Shown here one piece after another: positions 33,828 to 42,546 of a DNA stretch of 50,527 nt (the stretch's first letter is position 1; every line of letters starts with the position of its first letter). The notes under the pieces are model-generated. The model was not told the DNA's origin and ran no database searches. It was given only the letters and a program-made list of their open reading frames with translations. The stretch is from Flavobacteriaceae bacterium (lineage in GTDB: Bacteria > Bacteroidota > Bacteroidia > Flavobacteriales > Flavobacteriaceae). The stretch lies in the NCBI GenBank assembly GCA_020435805.1, contig JAGQZA010000001.1, forward strand, positions 1 through 50,527. Reading direction: 5' to 3'. The translations under genes and the position numbers were made by a program.

Positions 33828-35522
33828 TTAAACAATCTCCACAAACAAGCCTTCCTCCGTTTTTTCTACTTTGGCCAATTTATTTGCCGTAAGGTGCTTA
33901 ATGGTTTTGTCCCACTTTTTATTGCTTAAGCCACTTTGGGCTTTTAACTCTTCCAGTGGTAATTTTTCTGCTTTTTGAAGCAATTTCAGCACCGCTTTTT
34001 CCTCTTCATTCAATTCTACTTGTATTGCTTTTCGCTCCGGCTTCATTTGCGGGAAAAACAATACTTCTTGTATAGAGGCATTGTTGGTCAAAAACATAAT
34101 TAAACGGTCCATACCAATACCCATTCCGGAGGTGGGTGGCATTCCGTACTCCAGTGCGCGTATAAAATCGTTGTCGATAAACATGGCCTCGTCATCTCCT
34201 TTTTCAGCAAGTTTTAATTGTGCTTCAAAACGCTCCCGTTGGTCAATGGGGTCGTTTAACTCGCTATAGGCATTGGCGATTTCCTTTCCGCAGACCATCA
34301 ATTCAAAACGTTCGGTCAGTTCCGGATTGTCGCGATGCTCTTTACACAGCGGGCTCATTTCCTTCGGATAATCGGTAATAAAGGTGGGCTGAATAAAATT
34401 TCCTTCACACTTTTCACCAAAAATCTCATCAATCAGTTTTCCTTTGCCCATCGTCTCATCTATCGGAACACCCATATTTTGGGCAGCTTTTCTAATTTCA
34501 GCTTCCGTTTTTCCAATAATATCGAAGCCGGTAAATTTCTTTATGGCCTCTGCCATGGTTACTCTTGGATAGGGCGCTTTAAAGTCTATGCTGTGTTCGC
34601 CAAAGGTTGCTTGAGTTGTACCGTTAACTTGTATAGCACAATATTCTAACAATTCTTCGCAAAAATCCATCATCCAATGGTAGTCCTTGTAGGCCACATA
34701 GATTTCCATAGCGGTAAACTCCGGATTGTGGGTACGATCCATTCCTTCATTACGGAAGTTTTTTGAAAATTCATATACGCCATCAAATCCCCCAACGATT
34801 AATCTTTTTAGATATAATTCGTTGGCAATTCGCATATACAACGGAATGTCCAAACTATTGTGATGGGTAATGAAAGGGCGCGCAGCTGCTCCTCCCGGAA
34901 TGGGTTGAAGAATAGGTGTTTCCACTTCAAAATAGCCGCGTTCGTTAAAAAAGTTACGCATGGCATTAAAAAGCCGGGTACGCTTTACAAACACTTCTTT
35001 TACATGCGGGTTCACAACCAAATCGGCATACCGTTGGCGATAACGTTGTTCGGGATCGGTAAAAGCATCGTGGATAACACCGTCGGCATCTTCTCTGGGT
35101 TGAGGTAGCGGTTTTAGGGCTTTTGAAAGAAGCGTAAAATTTTTAACCATCACGGTTTTCTCTCCCACTTTAGTAGTAAAAAGTTCGCCTTCAATCCCAA
35201 CAAAATCACCAATGTCAAGTAATTTTTTATATACTTCGTTGTAATGCGTTTTATCTTCATCGGGACAAATTTCGTCACGGTTAAAATACACTTGAATTCT
35301 TCCTTCAGCATCCTGAAGTTCGGCAAAAGAAGCAGAGCCCTGAATACGACGAGACATTAATCTTCCGGCAAGGGTTACCTTTTTTCCTTCTTCAAAATGT
35401 TGCTTTAATTGCTTGGAAGTATGGGTTACGGGGTATAAAGCCGCTGGATAGGGGTTAATGCCCAGTTCACGTAATTGATTCAGTTTTTCTCTTCGAACGA
35501 GTTCTACTTCGGAAAGTTGCAT
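33828..35522 (-). CDS. lysS: Lysine--tRNA ligase (class II)
   Basis: RYRQRYADL, GGAAARPF.THHN, FRNEG...HNPEFT, ALEYGMPP.SGMGIGMDRL; winged-helix-like C-terminal tail. Confidence 0.98.
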   Translation of the reverse strand: MQLSEVELVRREKLNQLRELGINPYPAALYPVTHTSKQLKQHFEEGKKVTLAGRLMSRRIQGSASFAELQDAEGRIQVYFNRDEICPDEDKTHYNEVYKKLLDIGDFVGIEGELFTTKVGEKTVMVKNFTLLSKALKPLPQPREDADGVIHDAFTDPEQRYRQRYADLVVNPHVKEVFVKRTRLFNAMRNFFNERGYFEVETPILQPIPGGAAARPFITHHNSLDIPLYMRIANELYLKRLIVGGFDGVYEFSKNFRNEGMDRTHNPEFTAMEIYVAYKDYHWMMDFCEELLEYCAIQVNGTTQATFGEHSIDFKAPYPRVTMAEAIKKFTGFDIIGKTEAEIRKAAQNMGVPIDETMGKGKLIDEIFGEKCEGNFIQPTFITDYPKEMSPLCKEHRDNPELTERFELMVCGKEIANAYSELNDPIDQRERFEAQLKLAEKGDDEAMFIDNDFIRALEYGMPPTSGMGIGMDRLIMFLTNNASIQEVLFFPQMKPERKAIQVELNEEEKAVLKLLQKAEKLPLEELKAQSGLSNKKWDKTIKHLTANKLAKVEKTEEGLFVEIV

Positions 35523-35581
35523 GCCTATTGATTTTAAGCTGCAAAATTACCTTATTTTGAATAGGTAGGAAGGAAAATACA

Positions 35582-36475
35582 CTAATTTTTTGATTTCAGT
35601 TCATCACTAAATAGTTTTATAAGTGATTTTAAATCTTCATTATTAGGGTTAATTTCGAGTGCCTTTTTATAATTTTTGATGGCATCTTCCTTTTTGTTAA
35701 TAAGCCCTTGAATATTTGCCAGTGTTTCGTAAACACTTGTTTCCTTTGGGTACAAATAGGTGTTTATAGTTGCCACGGCCTCGGCGTCTTCTTTTTTATT
35801 CTGTGCCAATAAAACTTTGCAGAAGGTGTTTAAATCGTATTTAGAATGAATGTAAGGGGCTATTTCTTTGCTTATTTTTTTTGACGAGGCAATAAGTTTC
35901 TGGGGTTTATATTTTTCTAAATAGAAATTCGCAAGGCTTACTCCATAGTAGTAATTTTGATAGCTTCCTGTTAAAATTTGAAGCAAATCCTCTTCAAGGC
36001 TTACCACAGGATGTTCTACAATTCTATTAATTTCTTTTCCGTCTTTGTAAATAATAAATGTAGGGACTCTATGTATATGTAATCCTTCATGTTCGCCGCC
36101 GGGACTTTGTTTATAAGCATTGTTCTTACGTCCAAGGGCTATGGAAGTTATACGATCCATAGGATAGTTTGCTGTTTCCATAATTTTGAAAAGTCTAGGT
36201 GTTTCGCGTTTGCTGTCGCCACACCAAGTTCCCATAAAAAGAGTAATGGTATATTGTGGAAGGAGCGTTTTTAATTGATTTATGACACTTTCTTTAGGTT
36301 GGTATTCGTTAAAATTTTTCTGAAACCAAGCTTCATATGGCTCTTTCAGTAAAGCCTCCTTATTAAATTTCCCAATAAGATTTGGGATGCTATCCTCAAT
36401 CTGTTCTTTATTAAAAGATTGTGAATAGGAGATTGAAATAGATAAAAAAAGTAAAATAAATAGTTGATTTTTCAT
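35582..36475 (-). CDS. Exported thioredoxin-like protein with C-terminal TPR
   Basis: Signal peptide (start MKNQ), GTWCGDSKRETP (CxxS), RVPTFI, AIKNYKKALEINP. Confidence 0.8.
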   Translation of the reverse strand: MKNQLFILLFLSISISYSQSFNKEQIEDSIPNLIGKFNKEALLKEPYEAWFQKNFNEYQPKESVINQLKTLLPQYTITLFMGTWCGDSKRETPRLFKIMETANYPMDRITSIALGRKNNAYKQSPGGEHEGLHIHRVPTFIIYKDGKEINRIVEHPVVSLEEDLLQILTGSYQNYYYGVSLANFYLEKYKPQKLIASSKKISKEIAPYIHSKYDLNTFCKVLLAQNKKEDAEAVATINTYLYPKETSVYETLANIQGLINKKEDAIKNYKKALEINPNNEDLKSLIKLFSDELKSKN

Positions 36476-36581
36476 AATGTGTTCGTTTAATGATTGAAGC
36501 ACGAAAATGAAAAAGGAAATTTTAAAAAGGGTAAAATGTACGGTTGAAAAAAGGACTAGACCCGTGTTTAATTTTTTGCAA

Positions 36582-37625
36582 TTAACTAATATACAAGTTT
36601 TTAAGTTCTTCTCTTGAAGAAATATTTAGCTTCTTGTAAATGTTATTAATGTGTGTTTTTACGGTACTAACACTTATAAAAAGTGCATCGGCAATTTCTT
36701 TGTTGCTTTTATCTTCCAAGATTAATTCCATGACTTTTTGCTCTTGTTTGGATAAGGTTTCCACATTTTTTGAAGTTTTCTGCAACTGTTTCCACTTTCC
36801 GATAAAATAGAAATTACCCAGTACCGAAAAGAGGGCAAAACCTCCTAAAAAATAAATCCACCAAGGGATTCCTTTGTTTCGGTTCACCAAAAACTCATCG
36901 GCTTCCAGTTCTGCCTCGTATTGTTTTGTATAGGAAGATTCGGGATATTTTTCTTGTAACCGAACTCGCAGATTTTCGTAATACGGATTTACTTTTACAT
37001 CTTCCAGATAGTATTCGTGCAGGTCGTTGGTACGATCGCTCAAAAAAGAATATATATACAACTCTGCCAGAGGCTCCTGGAGCGTTTTACCATATTCCTG
37101 AAGGATGGTAAACCACTTTTTGGTATTCAAAGACCGGTTGGCTTCACTTCGGTAAGTGCCAAAAGCAAAACGCATTTCATGTTTTAGCGAATCAATTTTC
37201 AGAAAGAGTTCTGCCTTGTCATTATTTGAGAGAATTCGGCAAAACATTTCATTGTCAAACGAAAAAGGAAAAGATAGCGTGTCTGTATTATTTGCAATGA
37301 AAACTACTTCTTTACTGTTAGCACAATGCCCTGTAAAATGATTAATGGATTGTTCTTCATCGCTGCAAGTGTCCAGATGGATTCGATACATTTTATTTTC
37401 TTGCGGGAGGTTATCTCCGGTAAAGCTGAAGTTCCCTAAACTATCGGGAAGCGTCATATTCAAAATCTGTTCACTGTAAACGCCCGATATTTTTCGGTAA
37501 TCTTCAATAGTAGAAAGATATACTTTTCCTTCTTTTAATTGGGCATTTACCTTTCCGGAAAATTGGTATTGCCCAAAAGAATAACTAGCAATAGATATGA
37601 ATACAAATAAGAGAAGTGTTTTCAT
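36582..37625 (-). CDS. Membrane-spanning LuxR-family regulator (periplasmic sensor, TM helix, HTH)
   Basis: Signal peptide, TM WWIYFLGGFALFSVLGNFYFI, LSKQEQKV...SNKEIADALFISVSTVKTHINNIYKKL. Confidence 0.87.
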   Translation of the reverse strand: MKTLLLFVFISIASYSFGQYQFSGKVNAQLKEGKVYLSTIEDYRKISGVYSEQILNMTLPDSLGNFSFTGDNLPQENKMYRIHLDTCSDEEQSINHFTGHCANSKEVVFIANNTDTLSFPFSFDNEMFCRILSNNDKAELFLKIDSLKHEMRFAFGTYRSEANRSLNTKKWFTILQEYGKTLQEPLAELYIYSFLSDRTNDLHEYYLEDVKVNPYYENLRVRLQEKYPESSYTKQYEAELEADEFLVNRNKGIPWWIYFLGGFALFSVLGNFYFIGKWKQLQKTSKNVETLSKQEQKVMELILEDKSNKEIADALFISVSTVKTHINNIYKKLNISSREELKNLYIS

Positions 37626-37711
37626 GAAAAACGAAGATAGCCAAATAGGCCCTTGTAACAAAATCTATTGTAAACGACCCATAGCTTGATTATAAATCTT
37701 AATTTTGCACT

Positions 37712-37870
37712 ATGAGTATTTGGAGAGTATTGCTTTCTATAGTATTTCCCCCATTAGCTGTTATTGATAAAGGTTGTGGGTCTATTTTAATTGTTTTAAT
37801 TTTAACTGTTTGCGGCTGGATACCCGGTGTTATTGCTGCCTTAATTATTTTAAATAATCCAAAAAGATGA
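37712..37870 (+). CDS. YqaE/Pmp3 family small membrane protein, 52 aa
   Basis: Manual translation MSIWRVLLSIVFPPLAVIDKGCGSILIVLILTVCGWIPGVIAALIILNNPKR*; ATGA overlap with the next gene; -7 box TAATTTTG just upstream. Confidence 0.9.
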   Translation: MSIWRVLLSIVFPPLAVIDKGCGSILIVLILTVCGWIPGVIAALIILNNPKR

Positions 37871-38607
37871 AAGTATTAAAAAAATATATCGCTTTAATGG
37901 CTATAGGAATTAGCATGGTAAGTTGCCAATTTACCGAAACCATGGTGTTAGAGGAAGACGGTAGCGGTAGCATGAATCTTAGTGTCGATTTAAGTGAAAT
38001 GATGGCTTTTGGTGGAGAAATGGCGAAGGATTCTTCTTTTGTAAAAATGGATACTATTTATTCTTTTAAAGATTTAATGGCAGCCAAAAAAGACAGTATC
38101 GCAACACTTCCTGCGGAAGAACAAAAGCGATTGAAAGCGATGGAAAATTATCAAATTCGCATGAACACCGATCCGGAAACCAATACCATGGTGGTAGATG
38201 TTTTTACCAACTTTAAAAATGTTGCCGAAGCCAATGAATTAATGAAAGGGTTTGAACAATCTCAAGGCATTATGCCGGGAAGTACTTCTTCAGATTCCAA
38301 AAAGGAATCGGAACCGGAGGTAATAGGTGTTTCCTATTCTTATTCTAAAGGAAAATTTAAACGGGATGCCTTTATTAAAGACAAAGCCGAACATCAAAAA
38401 CAAATAGATAGCCTTAAAAATGCCGAAGCCTTTATGTCCGGAATATCGTATAAAATAAAATATACGTTCCCGAAGAAAATTAAGAAAACCTCGGTGGAAG
38501 ATGCTACGTTCTCTCTCGATGGAAAAACGCTGGAATTGGAAAGAGGCTTTGTGGAATATTTAAAAAATCCCGATGTGCTGGACATTGAGGTAGAATTGGA
38601 GAAATAG
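37867..38607 (+). CDS. Conserved hypothetical lipoprotein
   Basis: Lipobox MVSC, E.M.LEEDGSG, YTFPKKIK. Confidence 0.7.
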   Translation: MKVLKKYIALMAIGISMVSCQFTETMVLEEDGSGSMNLSVDLSEMMAFGGEMAKDSSFVKMDTIYSFKDLMAAKKDSIATLPAEEQKRLKAMENYQIRMNTDPETNTMVVDVFTNFKNVAEANELMKGFEQSQGIMPGSTSSDSKKESEPEVIGVSYSYSKGKFKRDAFIKDKAEHQKQIDSLKNAEAFMSGISYKIKYTFPKKIKKTSVEDATFSLDGKTLELERGFVEYLKNPDVLDIEVELEK

Positions 38608-38612
38608 TTTTT

Positions 38613-39329
38613 TTGAATACAACTATTGAAATACAAGACTTAGGTTATAAAGACTACAAAGAAACCTGGGATTATCAAGAACAATTATTTCAACAAATTC
38701 TTGATATAAAAATTAAAAACAGGAGAGAACAACAATCTCTTAAAACCCCCAATTACTTTTTATTTGTAGAGCACCCGCATGTATATACCTTAGGAAAAAG
38801 CGGCGATTTTACGAACCTTCTTATTGATGAAAAAAAGCTGAAGGAGATAGATGCTACTTTCTACAAAATAAATCGTGGGGGCGACATCACCTATCACGGC
38901 CCCGGACAAATAGTAGGCTATCCTATTTTGGATTTGGAAAATTTTTTTCCGGACATTCACAAATACTTGCGATTTTTGGAAGAAATGGTCATTCTCACTT
39001 TAGCCGAATATGGACTAAAGGCTGAACGTAGTAAAGGAGAAACAGGGGTTTGGCTGGATGTGGGAACCCCTTTTGCCCGAAAAATATGTGCCATGGGGGT
39101 GCGTGCCAGCCGTTGGGTGACCATGCACGGATTTGCCTTGAATGTAAATGCCAATTTGGGCTATTTTGACCATATGATTCCTTGTGGAATTCGTGGAAAA
39201 GCGGTTACTTCTCTCAACGTGGAAATGGGGCAAGCCGAAATTTCGATGGAGGAAGTAAAGGCAAAACTTTTGAAACACTTTGCGCAATTATTTGAAGCAA
39301 ATTTGCTTCAAAAGAGTACCATTTATTAA
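38613..39329 (+). CDS. lipB: Lipoyl(octanoyl) transferase
   Basis: EHPHVYTLG, RGGDITYHGPGQ, RKICAMG, HGFALN, IPCG. Confidence 0.96.
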   Translation: MNTTIEIQDLGYKDYKETWDYQEQLFQQILDIKIKNRREQQSLKTPNYFLFVEHPHVYTLGKSGDFTNLLIDEKKLKEIDATFYKINRGGDITYHGPGQIVGYPILDLENFFPDIHKYLRFLEEMVILTLAEYGLKAERSKGETGVWLDVGTPFARKICAMGVRASRWVTMHGFALNVNANLGYFDHMIPCGIRGKAVTSLNVEMGQAEISMEEVKAKLLKHFAQLFEANLLQKSTIY

Positions 39330-40030
39330 GATTTTTGGCGCTCTTCTGCCTCTATTAATTGGCAACAATTAAGAAGCAATGCCAATGCAAATACATACAA
39401 AACTCTGCTTCCGTAAATAAACAAATTTATTCTGGTTTCACTATAATAGGAAGCAGCTCGAACTATTTCAGAAAGTATAAATACAAAAGCAAAACCCAAA
39501 AATACCATGGCAATTTTAGTGGGGTTTTGATGTACCAGCAATAATGCACTAGCCAGCATAAATATTAGCGCTAGGTTTGCAATATTAAAAAGAATAAACT
39601 GGAGAAAGCCGGTATATTGGTCTTTACTTATTTGCACCAATTCAAACAAGAAATACCCCAAAACCAATAATGTAATGATGAAATAAATCCCTAAAAACCA
39701 ATTTGCTTTAATTTTGCTGAGTTGTTTTATAGCTGAAAATCCGACTACCAAATACGCTGTACCTGAAAAAACTAGCGTTAAAACCCCAAAAATAAATTGT
39801 TCAAACTTTAATGCAAGAGAAGACGATACCAATAGTAACCACAAAAACAATAAAGGAAACCTGTGAATTTTTGGAGTAAATAAAAAATAAATAATACCAA
39901 TAGCAGCTGCATTAGGAAGAATCCATAAAATCCTATTTGCCAAAGTCCCCAAATCCAAAAAAATAATCACCGAAGCGAATATTAAAAAAAGGAGCGTAAT
40001 TGAAAGTGGGGATACCTTTTTAAACAGCAC
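39326..40030 (-). CDS. Hypothetical multi-pass membrane protein
   Basis: About 7-8 hydrophobic segments; GTG start. Confidence 0.65.
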   Translation of the reverse strand: MLFKKVSPLSITLLFLIFASVIIFLDLGTLANRILWILPNAAAIGIIYFLFTPKIHRFPLLFLWLLLVSSSLALKFEQFIFGVLTLVFSGTAYLVVGFSAIKQLSKIKANWFLGIYFIITLLVLGYFLFELVQISKDQYTGFLQFILFNIANLALIFMLASALLLVHQNPTKIAMVFLGFAFVFILSEIVRAASYYSETRINLFIYGSRVLYVFALALLLNCCQLIEAEERQKS

Positions 40031-40076
40031 TTGTTATTATTTTTTACAATAATACCAAAAAAATAGTATACAAAGT

Positions 40077-40109
40077 AAAACCCCTTGATAATGAATATGC
40101 AAGGGGTTT
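40077..40109 (-). terminator. Intrinsic terminator
   Basis: AAACCCCTTG...CAAGGGGTTT stem downstream of the 230-aa gene. Confidence 0.7.
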
Positions 40110-40129
40110 CAAATAAAAAAGATTAGAGT

Positions 40130-40822
40130 TTATTTGCTAAATGAAGTTAGTATTCCAGAACCATCTAATTTCCCCTTTTTGTCATAATCCTCTGTTTTAA
40201 CTACCCCTACACCTTCAGCAAACCATTGCTTGGAGCTTCTTTTCATAGAACCTGCCATACCTTCTGAAACCGTATTTTGGAAAATTACATAACACTCAAA
40301 AGTACCAGCAGGCGTAGTTATAGTCTCTTTCGCTACTACTTCGCGGTCTGTAATAAAGGTGTTCATATTAAAATTCATCCCAGACATAGACATCTTCATT
40401 TTCATCTCTGCATCTTTTAACTTTTGCCCTACGCTTAAATTATTTGGAACATCTATATCTACTCCAGTTATTTCAGATTTTATATCTCCCCCTCCAAAAG
40501 CCCTAGTCATTTCGGGGCGTAACATAGAATTAAAATCGATAGAAACGGTTCCATTTTTGCAGTAGGCGTCATAATTTGTAGTGGTAATTTCTTTTCCTTT
40601 TTCGTCTTTAAAACTAGAGGTAACACTGGCTTTTTCACCATCAGTTGTACTGGAAACGCTTAATACTTGATAGGTAATAGTCCCTTGTGTTTTTCCTTTT
40701 TCATTATATAAAGTAAGGGTAGAAGTGGCTCCTTTTGAAAATGGATAAAATTTGCTGCACTGAGCCAAGGAAAAAGTTGTAAAAAGAACCAGGGTGCAAA
40801 GAGATAAGAGGATATTTTTCAT
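40130..40822 (-). CDS. Exported beta-rich protein (DUF3108/TapB-like)
   Basis: Signal peptide, FYPFSKG, ETITTPAGTFECY, WFAEGVGVVK. Confidence 0.65.
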   Translation of the reverse strand: MKNILLSLCTLVLFTTFSLAQCSKFYPFSKGATSTLTLYNEKGKTQGTITYQVLSVSSTTDGEKASVTSSFKDEKGKEITTTNYDAYCKNGTVSIDFNSMLRPEMTRAFGGGDIKSEITGVDIDVPNNLSVGQKLKDAEMKMKMSMSGMNFNMNTFITDREVVAKETITTPAGTFECYVIFQNTVSEGMAGSMKRSSKQWFAEGVGVVKTEDYDKKGKLDGSGILTSFSK

Positions 40823-40844
40823 AGTTTTTAAATTTAACGGTTAT

Positions 40845-42467
40845 TTATTTTGAAGGGACTACCAATATTTCTACGCGTCTATTTTTTTGTTTATTTTTGG
40901 GTGTATCATTAGGTGCTATAGGCTGATTTTCACCAAAGCCTTTTACTTCAAAGTTGTAGGAATTTGAAAGTTGACTCTTCAAAAAGTTGGAAACCTCTTT
41001 CGCTCTATTTTCTGATAGCGTTTTATTGCTTAAAGGATTTCCCACATTATCTGTATGACCTTCAATAATGATGTGTCCTTTGGGAAACTCTTCTATGGCG
41101 GCCACTAATTTTTTTAATTCGTTGGATGCACTTTCTTTTAGTTGAAACTTACCGGTATCAAACAGCACCGAACTATCCAAATTTAAGCGTATCGCTCCAC
41201 CTATGGCAGCAACAGCATCTACATCGGCTCCCGGTAATTGGCTTGGCGTATCTAGATCGGTTAGTCTTACATAGGTGAAAGTTTCTCCTTTTTTGGTGAA
41301 TTCGGCAATGTCCACCATCGCCGTTCCACCTTTAATTTGGCCCACATTAATCCATACTTTACCGTCTTTGGATATTTCCAGATTAGTAGGTTCTATGGCT
41401 CCCATTTCAAAAATGTAAAGGTCTGGACCATTTACATCGGCAATAGCATTGTTGGTAAACTCCAAAGTTACTTGCCCGTTAATACCAATGTTACAAATTT
41501 TAGGGTCACCATCGGGAAAGTCTTTTTCATCCATATCCGGAATACCTAAAGCGCCATTAGAATTTGACCCCGCAGGATCACCTAAATCATGTTTCACCAA
41601 CCTGTCTGCAAAAGATAAATCGCCAAGGGGCAAATAAATAAATTTATCTCTGGAATCACGGTAGGTATTTCCTGTGGCAGCACCCTCACCAAACCATCCC
41701 GGATTTTTTTTGTAAAAATCTTTTCTGGCAGCTTCCGAAGCTTTAATGACATCTCCCGAAAAAATAAGCATATCGTTTCTACGACTGGTCATCATTGCCT
41801 TAAATTTTGAAGAAGCTTGACCGCTTTTCAAATAATTTTCAATGGGTTGAGGCAGTAATTGTTTTGTAATAGTTCTCGCTTCAGTTTCGGTTTTTATTTT
41901 TTGTTTTGCCGGAAGTGGTCTAAGGAGGTCGAGTTCTTTTTGTGATATTTCGAAGTAATTAGCGATGATGGTATTGGCTTCCTCTTTCGTGGCATCGTAT
42001 ATCTGTTGTAAAGTTTCTTTCTTTTCTCTATTTCCCCAAATGGAATAGCGAGTGATGTTTTCTTCAATAAAGGAATTATCGGTAGTGCCTAATAATTTTC
42101 TTAGTTTGGCCGTTTTTTCTTCAGCTTCAAGCTGTGCTTCACTCTTTTGGGAGTTTTTTTCTTGTATTTTTTGGGTGTATTTATTTAGCTGATTTTTTCT
42201 GAAATCACTATCTGATTCTCCCGAACCATTTTTCATTTTTTGAATGTTCTCCATATACCTCTCAAACTGCTCTGCATCAATAGCCCCGGTTTTGAGTAAT
42301 TCTTCATAGGTTTTTTGAAGGTCTTCTACATCATCAGTAGCTTCCATATTTTCAGGAATTTCAATGGTGTCTGGAACAAGTGGATTTTTATTTTTTTCGT
42401 TTTTACAAGAAAGTAATACAAAAAAGAAACCAAAAAATGCTAATACTGAAAAGGACTTTGTATTCAT
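40845..42467 (-). CDS. OmpA-family peptidoglycan-binding lipoprotein
   Basis: Lipobox LLSC; VLFDTGK..L, IEGHTD, LSENRA, NRRVEI; middle jelly-roll-like GPDLYIFE domain. Confidence 0.85.
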   Translation of the reverse strand: MNTKSFSVLAFFGFFFVLLSCKNEKNKNPLVPDTIEIPENMEATDDVEDLQKTYEELLKTGAIDAEQFERYMENIQKMKNGSGESDSDFRKNQLNKYTQKIQEKNSQKSEAQLEAEEKTAKLRKLLGTTDNSFIEENITRYSIWGNREKKETLQQIYDATKEEANTIIANYFEISQKELDLLRPLPAKQKIKTETEARTITKQLLPQPIENYLKSGQASSKFKAMMTSRRNDMLIFSGDVIKASEAARKDFYKKNPGWFGEGAATGNTYRDSRDKFIYLPLGDLSFADRLVKHDLGDPAGSNSNGALGIPDMDEKDFPDGDPKICNIGINGQVTLEFTNNAIADVNGPDLYIFEMGAIEPTNLEISKDGKVWINVGQIKGGTAMVDIAEFTKKGETFTYVRLTDLDTPSQLPGADVDAVAAIGGAIRLNLDSSVLFDTGKFQLKESASNELKKLVAAIEEFPKGHIIIEGHTDNVGNPLSNKTLSENRAKEVSNFLKSQLSNSYNFEVKGFGENQPIAPNDTPKNKQKNRRVEILVVPSK

Positions 42468-42546
42468 AATAAACCACCCAATACATTAAAAGTGAGTGGT
42501 ATAAATGTAGGATTAAAATGAAAGCAAAATGAAGTTTTAAAAAAAA

